NCBI GenBank assembly: GCA_965215515.1
Contig: OZ244057.1
Span: 2,016,001 to 2,080,000, forward strand
Reading direction: 5' to 3'
Source of the DNA: Oligoflexales bacterium
GTDB taxonomy: Bacteria; Bdellovibrionota_B; Oligoflexia; Oligoflexales; JAPPIL01
Length of the DNA: 64,000 nucleotides
The notes below the pieces were generated by a model. It did not search any database. It saw nothing but the letters and a program-made list of their open reading frames with translations, and was not told the origin of the DNA. This document shows, in pieces, positions 1 through 10,315 of this stretch. The translations under genes were made by a program, and so were the position numbers. Positions within the stretch are counted from its first letter, which is position 1. Every line of letters starts with the position of its first letter.

Positions 1-1
1 G

Positions 2-658
2 CGTCGTAAGATAATTGCCATTCGTCAGTTTTTCACCTTCTTGACGGACGACGCTACCCTGACCGACAACCCGTTTGAGAAAGCTATCATCCCCGTACGA
101 GATGACACGCTGCATTACGAGCTGCAGAGCGACAAGCTCACCCAGCTGCTAACTGCATTGGCAAAACGTGCGGACACGCAAAGTGTGCGCAACCTCGCCC
201 TTATCAATCTGCTGGCTTTCGAGGGGCTTAAGGCTAGCGAGCTGGTCGCCTTGCGTTGGCAAGATTTCGTGCCCAGCCCCCGCGGGGCGCTGCTCCGTAT
301 CGGAGGTAACCGTCAGCGGGTCATAAACCTACAACCAGCAACCGTCGCAGGCTTACGCCAGTGGCAGCGCGTGGCGCGACAACGTCATCCTCAACTCGAC
401 ACACGGCTCATGTTTGGAGGTTTCAAGGGGCCTGAAGGGGCTTTGCCGCTCGCCACCCTGACCCGTCACGGGCTGAAATTTATCCTCGCTCAGCTCGCCG
501 TCCAAGCCGATATTCCTTCGTTAACCCCCGCCCTGCTGCGTCACCATGCGACAAGACACATGTTGCTACAAGGCAAGAGCATCACCGACAGCATGGCACA
601 CCTCGGTCTCAGGCGCACAGGCAACGTTCGTCAACATCTCCTGCAACTTCAGCGGTGA
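2..658 (+). CDS. XerC/XerD-like tyrosine recombinase fold protein, 5'-truncated by the window edge, catalytic residues degenerate
   Basis: Frame is open from base 2 (RRKIIAIRQFFTFL, like the Xer core-binding motif). RN-A-I-LL, GLKASEL, LTR-G and P-LLRH align to Xer boxes I/II. Confidence 0.75.
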   Translation, partial: RRKIIAIRQFFTFLTDDATLTDNPFEKAIIPVRDDTLHYELQSDKLTQLLTALAKRADTQSVRNLALINLLAFEGLKASELVALRWQDFVPSPRGALLRIGGNRQRVINLQPATVAGLRQWQRVARQRHPQLDTRLMFGGFKGPEGALPLATLTRHGLKFILAQLAVQADIPSLTPALLRHHATRHMLLQGKSITDSMAHLGLRRTGNVRQHLLQLQR

Positions 659-1104
659 ACGACGACACACACTACATGGAAACCGCCCTGCAAGCCGCCG
701 CAGAGGCTGCGCCGCGCGGCGAAGTTCCCGTCGGTGCGGTGTTGGTGCGCCACCACAACATCATCGCAACCGCGGCAAATGCCAAAGAAACCCAACGGGA
801 TGCCACTTGCCACGCCGAGATGCTCGCCATCCGCGCGGCTAGTCGCCACCTGCAGGCATGGCGTTTGCTCGACACTACGCTTTACGTGACCCTCGAACCG
901 TGCTTAATGTGCAGCGGGGCGATCTATCAAGCTCGCATCGCCCGCGTCGTCTTTGCCGCCCGCGATCGACGTTACGGTGCGCTCCAGTGGATACAAGCGC
1001 GCCAGCACGAGCTGGGCAATCACCGCCTCACGTTGCAACACGGCATCTGCGCCGAGGCTAGCAGCGCACTGCTGCGTGCCTTTTTCCAGGGGAAACGTCC
1101 GTAA
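655..1104 (+). CDS. tadA: tRNA adenosine(34) deaminase
   Basis: GEVPVGAV, HAE and TLEPCLMC zinc-deaminase motifs; GTGA overlap with the upstream gene. Confidence 0.93.
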   Translation: MNDDTHYMETALQAAAEAAPRGEVPVGAVLVRHHNIIATAANAKETQRDATCHAEMLAIRAASRHLQAWRLLDTTLYVTLEPCLMCSGAIYQARIARVVFAARDRRYGALQWIQARQHELGNHRLTLQHGICAEASSALLRAFFQGKRP

Positions 1105-1138
1105 CCCCGAGGCACACCTGCAAATTCAGCGCAGCCTA

Positions 1139-1888
1139 CTAGCTCAACTTGTCTTTGAAAACCTGCAACAGATCGATCGGCAGGGGAAAAACGATCGTCG
1201 TCTTCTGATCCGACGACATGTCGATCATACTTTGCAAGTAGCGGAGCTGCAAGGTGACAGGGTTTTTGGCAAATTGGTCAGCAGCTTCCCGCAGCTGCTC
1301 AGCGGCCTGAAACTCACCCTTGGCGGCGATGATTTTGGCACGGCGTTCACGCTCGGCCTCGGCTTCCTTGGCCATCGCCCGCTGCATTTCGGTAGGTAAA
1401 TCAACATGCTTGACCTCGACCGAGATGACCTTGATTCCCCACGGGTCGGTGTTGGCATCGAGAATGGTTTGCAGTTTGGCGTTGATGGAGTCGCGATCGA
1501 CCAGCAGTTCGTCGAGCGTGTGCTCGCCGAGGGTCGAGCGCAAATGCGTCTGTGCCAACAAGCTCGTGGCGTAGAGGTAGTTCTCGACGTTGACCAACGA
1601 CTTGGTGGGATCGACGACACGAAAGTAAAGCACTGCGTTGACCTTGAGGCTGACGTTATCGCGGCTGATGACATCCTGCGGATCGATATCCATCGTCACG
1701 GTGCGAATCGATATTTTGACCATGCGATCGATAAAGGGGATGATCAACACCACCCCCGGCCCCTTGGGGAGGTCGAGCACGCGGCCGAGACGGAAAACCA
1801 CCCCGCGTTCGTACTCGTTGATTATCTTGATAGCATTGGCAAGAAACAGCAGCAACAACCCTATCGCTATCGGCAAACCCCAACTCAT
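1139..1888 (-). CDS. SPFH/stomatin-like (slipin) membrane protein
   Basis: N-terminal TM helix, [12 protein letters not shown] and [12 protein letters not shown] motifs. Confidence 0.92.
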   Translation of the reverse strand: MSWGLPIAIGLLLLFLANAIKIINEYERGVVFRLGRVLDLPKGPGVVLIIPFIDRMVKISIRTVTMDIDPQDVISRDNVSLKVNAVLYFRVVDPTKSLVNVENYLYATSLLAQTHLRSTLGEHTLDELLVDRDSINAKLQTILDANTDPWGIKVISVEVKHVDLPTEMQRAMAKEAEAERERRAKIIAAKGEFQAAEQLREAADQFAKNPVTLQLRYLQSMIDMSSDQKTTIVFPLPIDLLQVFKDKLS

Positions 1889-2058
1889 CGCTCATCCCCT
1901 TGCTAATTCAACCCTCCGAGTATACGTGAAGATGTCCTGTCTTAGCAAGTTTTGTCTCACTTTATCTCTTCTCTGCTGTCCTTGCGGTACACTCCTCTCA
2001 CAACAAATGCCTTAGGTAAGGCCAGCTTGTTGCCGATGCGGCAGCAGGGGGATGGGGA

Positions 2059-2565
2059 TTGAGAAGATCGAAGCGTGTAACACGGGCGTTTAGCCTTGTC
2101 GAGATGATGGTGGTGGCGGCAATCATCGGGATCCTTGCCACGCTGGCAGTGCCTAGATTCCGCGTCTTCATAGCTAGGTCACGCATGGGCGAAGCGACTC
2201 ACAACCTCGGTGTCATCGATAAACTACAGAAAAGTTACAATATCCATTATCAGATGCTAGGAACAGATGATGTTTGGTATGGGGGGGGGCTTATCGGCCG
2301 CGACGGTGCTAGCAGTAAATGCGCTGATGCTGACCTGAAGAACAGCCTGGGTTTTCGGGTCGAGGACTGCTCTCTACTGCGCTACTTTTACACGGGGTCA
2401 GCTAATGCAGACACAGCAAAAAACTCCTCAGGAGGAGGTGATGTGAATTATAGAATTTACCCTGGCTGCGATACTGGAGATGACGAATGGCAAATTAGTC
2501 GTGCCACCCGTGGCAATCCAAAGTTAGATCAAACGATAGACGTTCTCGATGGATGCAGAGAGTAG
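2059..2565 (+). CDS. type IV pilin-like protein
   Basis: Short basic leader, then A|FSLVEMMVVAAIIGILATLAVP methylation motif with Glu+5; C-terminal Cys residues. Confidence 0.85.
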   Translation: MRRSKRVTRAFSLVEMMVVAAIIGILATLAVPRFRVFIARSRMGEATHNLGVIDKLQKSYNIHYQMLGTDDVWYGGGLIGRDGASSKCADADLKNSLGFRVEDCSLLRYFYTGSANADTAKNSSGGGDVNYRIYPGCDTGDDEWQISRATRGNPKLDQTIDVLDGCRE

Positions 2566-2610
2566 AGCCATGCAGTTGCAATATCGGCCCGCTCACCCTA
2601 TACTCGAGGC

Positions 2611-4056
2611 ATGAAATCAGCACCACCTGCGATAAGGATTTGGAACACGTTGACGCGGCGCAAGGAGGAACTGCGCCCGTTGGAGGACGGCCATGTGCGC
2701 ATCTATGCCTGCGGGGTGACGGTCTACGACGATTGTCATGTCGGGCATGCCATGCAGGCATTAGTGTTCGACTTATTGGTTAATTTTCTGCGCAGCTGCG
2801 GCTATCGGGTCACCTATGTGCGCAATTTTACCGATGTCGATGATAAGATTATCGCCCGCAGTCAGGAGCTAGCCATCTCGCCGCGGCAGCTCGTGGACAA
2901 GATGATCGCCGCGTGTCAGCGTGATTTCGCGGCTCTCGGTCTGACTGCCCCCGATCGAGAGCCGCGGGTATCGACACACATCGCCGAGATCATCGCCATG
3001 ATTCGCACGCTCATCGTGCGTGGTTATGCCTATGCGAGTGAGGCGGGCAATGTTTATTTCCGTGTACGGCGATTCCCCGACTATGGCAGGTTGTCCAACC
3101 GCAAGCTTGAGGACTTACAGAGTGGCGAGCCGCACACGGACGACAAGGAGGATGTGCTCGACTTCGCCCTGTGGAAGGCTGACCAGCACGAGGGTGCAAG
3201 CTGGCCAAGCCCTTGGGGGGTGGGACGGCCAGGCTGGCACATTGAGTGCAGTGCCATGTCGGCCGCTCATCTCGGCAAAAGTTTTGACATTCACGGTGGG
3301 GGGCAGGATTTGGTTTTTCCGCACCACGAGAACGAGATTGCCCAATCCGTCTGCGCCAATGCCAGTCCTTATGCCTCGCTTTGGATGCACAGCGGTTTGG
3401 TAACGGTTGATGGCCGCAAGATGTCCAAGAGCCTGCACAATCACATCACTATCGTACGATTTCTCCAGGACTGGTCGCCAGAGGTGCTTCGTCTTGCGGT
3501 GTTGACACATCACTATCGCTCCCAGATCGATTTCTCGTCTGCTTTTTTGCGTACCGTTCGTCGTCGTCTACTCTACTACCGTGAGACGCTGGTTTTTTTG
3601 CGCCAGGCCGTGGGCACTGCGAAGGTCAAAACTTGGGCGGCGGAGGATGATGATATGCAGGCAAACTTTACCGCCGCCCTATGCGATGATCTCAACACCC
3701 CCGCCGCGCTGGCGCAGCTGAACATCGCCTGCAAGAAAGCCAACGCCTTGCGTCGCCGCCCTGCCGCTGCCCAGGACGAAGCTGCCCGTTATCTCCAACT
3801 CATCACACGCGGCGGTGAGCTACTCGGTATTTTGCGCCGTGATCCGCAGGCATTCATCGCGGCGACCCGTCGGGAGGTGTTGCACGAGCACGGTCTTGAC
3901 GAGCGGCAGGTGCAAGACATGATCGCTGCTCGTGTCGAGGCACGTCGGGCGGGAGACTATCAGCGTGCCGACATGTTGCGTGCTACCTTGCAAGCACGGG
4001 GGATTGAGCTGCAAGATACTCCTGATGGCACGACCTGGACGGTCAGCTACGGGTAA
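2611..4056 (+). CDS. cysS: cysteine--tRNA ligase
   Basis: CGVTVYD, HVGH (HIGH), GRPGWHIECS and KMSKS motifs. Confidence 0.97.
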   Translation: MKSAPPAIRIWNTLTRRKEELRPLEDGHVRIYACGVTVYDDCHVGHAMQALVFDLLVNFLRSCGYRVTYVRNFTDVDDKIIARSQELAISPRQLVDKMIAACQRDFAALGLTAPDREPRVSTHIAEIIAMIRTLIVRGYAYASEAGNVYFRVRRFPDYGRLSNRKLEDLQSGEPHTDDKEDVLDFALWKADQHEGASWPSPWGVGRPGWHIECSAMSAAHLGKSFDIHGGGQDLVFPHHENEIAQSVCANASPYASLWMHSGLVTVDGRKMSKSLHNHITIVRFLQDWSPEVLRLAVLTHHYRSQIDFSSAFLRTVRRRLLYYRETLVFLRQAVGTAKVKTWAAEDDDMQANFTAALCDDLNTPAALAQLNIACKKANALRRRPAAAQDEAARYLQLITRGGELLGILRRDPQAFIAATRREVLHEHGLDERQVQDMIAARVEARRAGDYQRADMLRATLQARGIELQDTPDGTTWTVSYG

Positions 4057-4137
4057 GAACCACATAGCAGTTGCACAGGAAGCATATTCCTGTAATTACA
4101 GTATGTTGGGAAATTTACCTGCGGAACTCAGGAGGGT

Positions 4138-6138
4138 TTATTTTATCCTAAATTTTTCGGCAATGTCTCTGAGCGTATCGCTCGGCAGGTGTGCAAGTTC
4201 TTCAGCGATAAGTTCTCTAATCTCTTTATTTTTTTCAAATAGTTGTGGCTTAATATTTGCGGCATATTTTAAGATCAGATCTAGTGTTTCAGGCTTTATC
4301 TTACCCTCCCTAACTAACTGTAGCGTTAGAGTAATGTGGTGTTGCAGTGCAAGCGTTTCGTCGAACATGATTTGTGAGCGTTTTACTAGCGATGTCTTCT
4401 TCGCGATTCTCTTAAAAAGGTAGTGCAGGCTGTCATACAGCTCTTCTCTTTTTGTTACATCCTCATAGCCATGTAATATGACCCAGTCAGCGATGTCTTC
4501 TACTTTACTATCCAGAAATCCTCCTCCGAGCGTCGCCTTTCTTCCTATAAATTGTCCGTAAACGTGTCGTATGTGCTCTGGGGCATCAGATGTGACTCGT
4601 TGGCCTAAGGTTAAATCTACAGGTGTATCGTAGAATCCCGCTGACGCGATGTGTCCAGCATCGTGGTAGATTGTGGCTAAGGTTCGTCTGGCTTGCATGT
4701 TCTTGCTATCTAAGAAGAATGCTTGCCGCAGTTTTTGGAAAGCTTTCTGATAGCTATTTGCATCTGCATTGTTTGTTAATAGCTTTTGTGCTTCTTTTCG
4801 CAGCTTATCTGCTTCTTTTTTAAAGTCATAGTACTTCTTTCTACGCAGTAGTATGGCTCGTCGGACGGAGTCAGACTCGTTGAAGCCTGCGTCATGCAAT
4901 TTTTCAGCGACTCGCAGCATTTTGTAGTGATTGAGCACTCCCGCACCATCGACTTTACTGACGGTGTGAATGCTTGTGCGGGTGGCAGTCTTTTGCAATA
5001 AGGTAACCGCTTCGTCTCGACTTAACTTTGGTAAGATACTCATGGTATCGGCAAGTGCCCTGGTAACTAGCGGCGCAGCCCCGCTGGTGCCACCGAATCT
5101 GATATGCACCCCCCCGATCTCGGTGGTCAGGTAATCATCGCTAGGGGCGAGCACAACTACTTTTTCCGACGCTTGGGAGAAGTGGCTAGTAACTCCCTCA
5201 GGGCCGACACTGCCTGTCGGGATCATTTTATCACCGAGATCGCGAATAAAGTAATCAACAGGCTCAGGAAAATTATTACCTGCACTCTTGACTATAATTG
5301 CGTTGTCGAGTCTGCGCTCTGCCGTAGAAACAAATTTTGCATACGCACCAGCTATAGTTTCTCCCTCAGCGTAGGCAAGCTCATCAGAGCGATAGGCAAG
5401 CTCATTAGAGGGAAAACGAGCAAATCGCATCGATACATTAACAATGTGGGGGGGATCTGCATCGATAGCCGCGTAAAATATATTTCCGTCTTCTGCAAGA
5501 AAATAGTTTTGCATAATTCTACCTGCGTGACTTAATCTTCCCTTTGTGCTTCCTCCCGCGGGCATTTTGCCGAAGATCAAGTCGAGCACTGCCATGCCAT
5601 GATCATCATATTCAAACCTACCTGCTTCCCTTTTAAGAGCGACCATCAGATCACTATTGTAAACTCTTGCCCGTACCGTTTTGCTCATTTCTCCAGGGTC
5701 TATGACACGATCGATGATGCCTATCTTAGGTTCAACAAAGGCAAAACCGTCGTTTTCTAGCTTTTTTATAAACATACCTGCTTCAGGTTGCCCACACGCC
5801 TCCTGTGCCCAAAATGTGCTAATCTTTCCCAGCTGCTGATCGGGGCGTTCGTGCTTTGCCCAAAAATCTGGGTTTTTGTACCACGCCTGATAATAGGGAT
5901 GCTCGTGCGATGTCTGATAATATGGGTGTTTGTACCGTGCTGTATACCCGATTGTCCCATAGTCTTTGTCGTATAGATGCGGCAGCTTCTGATTGCCTGA
6001 GGCAACGATATGCTCGCCTGAACCACGGATATACCGCTTGATTATCTTAAATCCTTTGTACACAGCACGTGCACTAGGAGCGGTGAAAACAGGAGTAGAT
6101 AACGATATAGCGAGGATAACTGTGATGACCCTAATCAT
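4138..6138 (-). CDS. secreted S8 (subtilisin-like) serine peptidase
   Basis: Signal peptide; IGIID (Asp), DHG (His), SAGN oxyanion and GGTSGAAP (Ser) motifs; visibly AT-richer than its neighbours. Confidence 0.8.
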   Translation of the reverse strand: MIRVITVILAISLSTPVFTAPSARAVYKGFKIIKRYIRGSGEHIVASGNQKLPHLYDKDYGTIGYTARYKHPYYQTSHEHPYYQAWYKNPDFWAKHERPDQQLGKISTFWAQEACGQPEAGMFIKKLENDGFAFVEPKIGIIDRVIDPGEMSKTVRARVYNSDLMVALKREAGRFEYDDHGMAVLDLIFGKMPAGGSTKGRLSHAGRIMQNYFLAEDGNIFYAAIDADPPHIVNVSMRFARFPSNELAYRSDELAYAEGETIAGAYAKFVSTAERRLDNAIIVKSAGNNFPEPVDYFIRDLGDKMIPTGSVGPEGVTSHFSQASEKVVVLAPSDDYLTTEIGGVHIRFGGTSGAAPLVTRALADTMSILPKLSRDEAVTLLQKTATRTSIHTVSKVDGAGVLNHYKMLRVAEKLHDAGFNESDSVRRAILLRRKKYYDFKKEADKLRKEAQKLLTNNADANSYQKAFQKLRQAFFLDSKNMQARRTLATIYHDAGHIASAGFYDTPVDLTLGQRVTSDAPEHIRHVYGQFIGRKATLGGGFLDSKVEDIADWVILHGYEDVTKREELYDSLHYLFKRIAKKTSLVKRSQIMFDETLALQHHITLTLQLVREGKIKPETLDLILKYAANIKPQLFEKNKEIRELIAEELAHLPSDTLRDIAEKFRIK

Positions 6139-6311
6139 GGCCTGCTCCCTTTTTATAACAGGATACTACCTGAAACAGGTATCATACTACATATAAAATC
6201 ATAGTCAATCCATATATTATATAGATTAAACTTATTATTGTAGTATTAAGCAGTTAGTGTTGTTGGGAGGGAACTTTAGTTCTGATTTTCACACGCTCTC
6301 GCTTCGTGTGT

Positions 6312-8543
6312 TTATTGAAAATCAAACATAAAGCGACCTTCGACACAATCGACGGTGACTTGACGGCTGTGTTTAGCCTGCTTGTTGAATAGTAGTTCTT
6401 TCGCCAGTGGTTTCTTGATGTAATCCTGCACTGCACGGTAAAGAGGTCGTGCTCCTTGACTGCGGTCGTAGCCCAGCTTGCCGAGCTGCCGTTGGGCGGC
6501 GGGGGTGACTTGAAGATGTAAGTCACGTTCCTGCAAACGATGCGTTAGTTCCTGCAAAAACTTAGCAACAATCTTCGTGACCATCGCTTCACCCAATGGA
6601 CGGAAAAACACTACGCGGTCGAGACGGTTGCGAAATTCAGGCGTGAAGCCCCCTTTGACCGCTTCGGCGTTTTTGTCATCATCGCCTGCACGCCCGAAAC
6701 CGATCGTATCACCCATCATCTCTGCAGCATGCACGTTAGTGGTCATAATCAAGATAATATTGCGGAAATCTGACTTACGTCCACTGCTGTCGGTCAGCAT
6801 ACCGTAATCCATCACCTGTAACAACACACTGTGCAGATCTACGTGCGCCTTTTCTATTTCATCGAGCAACAACACCGCATGCGGAGTGCGGTTGACCGCA
6901 TCGGTCAACTGGCCACCCTGCTCGAATCCCACATAGCCAGGCGGTGCACCGATCAAACGTGACACCATGTGCTTCTCCATGTATTCGCTCATGTCAAAAC
7001 GAATAAACCCGATACCGAGCAACTTACCCAACTGCCGTGCCAACTCGGTTTTGCCTACGCCCGTTGCACCAGAGAAAAGAAAACTGCCGACAGGACGGGT
7101 GCGGTCTTCGATTCCCGCACGCGACAACAACACCGTCTCACACACCGCCGCGATCGCCTCGTCCTGCCCAAAAATCAATCCCTGCAGACGTGTCTCGAGA
7201 TCAGCCAACTCCTCTCGGTCTTGCAGGCTGACTTCCTCAACAGGAATTTTGGCAATCGACGCGACGGTTTTCTGCACGTGTTTTTCCAGCACTCGCACCC
7301 TTCGTCCACTACCTGCAAGTGCCAGCGATGCACCTACCTCATCGATGATGTCGATCGCCTTGTCAGGCAACTGCCTGTCCTGCATGTAACGTGAGGAAAG
7401 ATCGACCGCGGCCTGCAACGCTTCCTTGCTGTAGCGCACTTTGTGGTATTCCTCGTAACGATCCTTCAAACCCTGCAAGATCTGCATCACTTCCGCAGTA
7501 CTCGGTTCGCCGATGTCTATTTTTTGGAAACGACGCGCAAACGCTGGTTCGTTCTCGATATGCTGACGATACTCGCTAAAGGTAGTCGCCCCGATAATTC
7601 GTAAACCTGAAGTCGTCAACAACGGTTTCAAAATATGAGATGCATCGAGCGCACTACTGCCCGTAGCACCCGCCCCGATAATCGTGTGCAGCTCATCGAT
7701 AAACAAAATCGGACTCGGCTGCCGTTCCAACTCCTTCAACACACCTGTGAAACGTTCCTCAAAATCCCCCCGATAGCGCGAGCCCGCTAACAACAACCCT
7801 AAATCAAGGGCAAAGAGACTCGCTTTCTGCAACCGCGGTGGCACTTTGTGGGTGACGAGCAAATGTGCCAACCCCTCAGCGATAGCCGTTTTTCCCACCC
7901 CCGCATCGCCGACATACAACGGGTTGTTCTTGTGACGGCGACACAACACTTGCATCGTGCGCTGTAGTTCGCTCTCCCGCCCAATAAGAGGATCGAATAC
8001 TTTGCCGCGAGCCGCTTTGCACAAGTCGGTGGTAAACAACGCGAGCGGGTTGCGCGAGGCCACTGTCACACTGGCACGAGACGCAGCGTGCTCCGCAGTC
8101 CACTCTCCCTCTGCGGCAGTTTTGCCTTGCGAGATGAAACTAACCACATCATAACGCCTGATGTTGTTGCTGTGCAGGATATGCACAGCATGCGAAGAGG
8201 TCTCCGACAGCATCGCCACCAAAATAGCGTCGGTTTGTAGTTTCTTAATCCCTGCCCGCTGCATGTGACCCGTGGCACGCTGGAGAACACGCCGAAAAGC
8301 AATCGTCAACCTCGCCTCCTGATCTTCCACCAGCTTGCCCTTGGGTAAATGGCGGGCGAGAAATTCCTCCAAGCGAGTTTTCATGTTATCGACAGAACCA
8401 CCGCACGCGGCAATTATTTTTTTGATGTGGAGATCATCGACCATCACCAAGAGCAGATGCTCGATCGTGACAAACTCATGCCCCGCTTTGGTAGCATCCT
8501 TGATGGCGTTATTGATGGCTAATTCTGCTTCAGAACTGATCAT
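6312..8543 (-). CDS. clpA: ATP-dependent Clp protease ATP-binding subunit ClpA
   Basis: Clp N domain, two Walker A motifs (GVGKT), no M domain, IGF loop, directly downstream of clpS. Confidence 0.94.
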   Translation of the reverse strand: MISSEAELAINNAIKDATKAGHEFVTIEHLLLVMVDDLHIKKIIAACGGSVDNMKTRLEEFLARHLPKGKLVEDQEARLTIAFRRVLQRATGHMQRAGIKKLQTDAILVAMLSETSSHAVHILHSNNIRRYDVVSFISQGKTAAEGEWTAEHAASRASVTVASRNPLALFTTDLCKAARGKVFDPLIGRESELQRTMQVLCRRHKNNPLYVGDAGVGKTAIAEGLAHLLVTHKVPPRLQKASLFALDLGLLLAGSRYRGDFEERFTGVLKELERQPSPILFIDELHTIIGAGATGSSALDASHILKPLLTTSGLRIIGATTFSEYRQHIENEPAFARRFQKIDIGEPSTAEVMQILQGLKDRYEEYHKVRYSKEALQAAVDLSSRYMQDRQLPDKAIDIIDEVGASLALAGSGRRVRVLEKHVQKTVASIAKIPVEEVSLQDREELADLETRLQGLIFGQDEAIAAVCETVLLSRAGIEDRTRPVGSFLFSGATGVGKTELARQLGKLLGIGFIRFDMSEYMEKHMVSRLIGAPPGYVGFEQGGQLTDAVNRTPHAVLLLDEIEKAHVDLHSVLLQVMDYGMLTDSSGRKSDFRNIILIMTTNVHAAEMMGDTIGFGRAGDDDKNAEAVKGGFTPEFRNRLDRVVFFRPLGEAMVTKIVAKFLQELTHRLQERDLHLQVTPAAQRQLGKLGYDRSQGARPLYRAVQDYIKKPLAKELLFNKQAKHSRQVTVDCVEGRFMFDFQ

Positions 8544-8901
8544 CTGCCACTACCATCGTGCACTGCAACGGGTGCTTATGCTTTTTGGCATACTCACTTA
8601 CCTCCGCCACCTTCGTCTCCGCGATCTCAAACGGATACACACCTCCTAGACCGACACCCAAACGATGAATGCTTATCACCACCTCCGTCGCTTGACTGCG
8701 TTCTTGATCGAAGAAAATCTCCAACACCTCGACAACAAACTCTTTCGGGGTATAATCATCGTTGTGCAGCAACACATGATACAGGGGCGGCTCAGTCGTC
8801 TGCAATCCTCCACCCTCCTGCACATCGGCGAGCACTTCTTGCGCCCCGTGCTCAAGCAACAACCCGCTACTAACCTCGTTCAGCTTATCGACATCCATCA
8901 T
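8530..8901 (-). CDS. clpS: Clp protease adaptor ClpS
   Basis: LYHVLLHNDDYTPKEFVV, EIAETK and HPLQC motifs. Confidence 0.95.
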   Translation of the reverse strand: MMDVDKLNEVSSGLLLEHGAQEVLADVQEGGGLQTTEPPLYHVLLHNDDYTPKEFVVEVLEIFFDQERSQATEVVISIHRLGVGLGGVYPFEIAETKVAEVSEYAKKHKHPLQCTMVVADDQF

Positions 8902-8924
8902 ACCCCTCCGCGTTCGAGCAGATA

Positions 8925-9923
8925 CTATCTCACTATCTGATTAATTTCATCCACAACATCCACACCAGAAGTTTTTTGTCGCAAAATCACCAGAAAACGC
9001 CGCGAGGACGGGTTGAGCTGCCGTGCCAATTTCTCCACACAGGCGAACTGCACCCAATACGGCAGACGTGCCAGTAATTGTGCTAACTGCCCAGCATGTT
9101 TATCATAGTAGACCGCCAACACCTGCTGTGCCGCCTCCGCCAAGGCAGGGTTGCGAGATACAACATAGCTGAAGAGCACCCTCAACTGAGGGTGCTGGAC
9201 GGTGACGGGGTACAGGCGCAGATGCTGCAACATCAGGAGACGCAGAGGGATGTTGTGCACCGCGGGTAACCTCTGACGCAAGGAGGCGGGGGACACATCG
9301 GCCAGGTAGGCAAGAAAATCCTCGCTGGCACGGTGAGGGTTGAGCTTCAGTAACGCACGGGCAAAATCCTTGTTGTGTGTCCCCTGTAAACCCTGCCGCA
9401 CAAACGTATAACCCTCGTTCACCCGATTGGCCGCGACAGCAGCCGCCACCTGCGGAAAAAATAACGCCCGCTCCCGCCCCTGTCGCAGAGCTTGCTCCAA
9501 AGTTTGTGTGATGGACACAGCCATGCGCGACGACGGCATCAAAGTAGCAACCTGCCACCCCGTCTGCAATAACACCGCATGCCGCTGTTCAGGAGCAGTT
9601 AACAAAACAAAAATACGCGGGGCATGGGGGTCAGCGGTCAATTGATAGAGGTGCAGTATCGCTACCAGCCCTACCACCTCCCCGCGCCGCAACATACGAG
9701 GCACTGCCGCCGCAATGTGCTTGCCTGCCGCAGCTAGACGCTGTTCCCTCTGGAGCTGCCGATACACAGGCCGCAGAGCCTTGCCGCCGTGTGTCCGCAC
9801 CGCTGCTACCAGCTCGGCAACACTCAAACCCTCGTAGCTCTGCGGCAGACCATCGTCCAAGCGCATCAAGGTCGCACAAGAGGTTAGCAGCACACCCCCT
9901 AGCAGAATTCGCCATGCCATCAC
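8925..9923 (-). CDS. hypothetical lipoprotein, helical
   Basis: Lipobox-like LLTSC after a hydrophobic stretch; co-oriented and overlapping within the operon. Confidence 0.6.
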   Translation of the reverse strand: MMAWRILLGGVLLTSCATLMRLDDGLPQSYEGLSVAELVAAVRTHGGKALRPVYRQLQREQRLAAAGKHIAAAVPRMLRRGEVVGLVAILHLYQLTADPHAPRIFVLLTAPEQRHAVLLQTGWQVATLMPSSRMAVSITQTLEQALRQGRERALFFPQVAAAVAANRVNEGYTFVRQGLQGTHNKDFARALLKLNPHRASEDFLAYLADVSPASLRQRLPAVHNIPLRLLMLQHLRLYPVTVQHPQLRVLFSYVVSRNPALAEAAQQVLAVYYDKHAGQLAQLLARLPYWVQFACVEKLARQLNPSSRRFLVILRQKTSGVDVVDEINQIVR

Positions 9924-10315
9924 CCGTTTACCTCCACAGCCAGCATCTTGCCAAAAACACCCGCGGGGAAACTACCCGTCGCGGGTGTCTCAGTCTTGAT
10001 AGTCAGCACACAACCGCCACCTCGGCAGGGACATACCCGCATAGATTGTATCCCGTATTGCCGATAAAAATCTAAAAAACCCCGCACATCGACCAACACA
10101 GGCGGCAACGGTACTGCCCTCTGGACATGCAGCTCGATCTCACACAACGTTGCAAAACGCCGCACAAAAACAAGCGGGCAAAGACATAGTTTCTCACCTG
10201 AACGCTGAGTTTTGAGCAGCGCACACAGAAAATCACGCTCGTGAAACAACCGCCGCAACAAGTACAGGAGCACCAAAAACACCAGTGCCGAGCTCAGGTG
10301 CAGGAAGAGCGACAT
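9920..10315 (-). CDS. hypothetical membrane-anchored protein
   Basis: ATG at 10315 begins a TM segment (MSLFLHLSSALVFLVLLYLL); fills the gap between operon genes. Confidence 0.5.
   Translation of the reverse strand: MSLFLHLSSALVFLVLLYLLRRLFHERDFLCALLKTQRSGEKLCLCPLVFVRRFATLCEIELHVQRAVPLPPVLVDVRGFLDFYRQYGIQSMRVCPCRGGGCVLTIKTETPATGSFPAGVFGKMLAVEVNG

Noticed and set aside
2020..2033. Sigma-54 promoter (GG-N10-GC) before the pilin
   Set aside because: The spacing fits, but the -24 element (AGGCCA) matches TGGCAC poorly and the leader would be very short.
4078..4088. AGGAAGCATAT found downstream of two accessory genes (also near 45578)
   Set aside because: An 11-bp match within 64 kb can occur by chance, and the flanks do not align.
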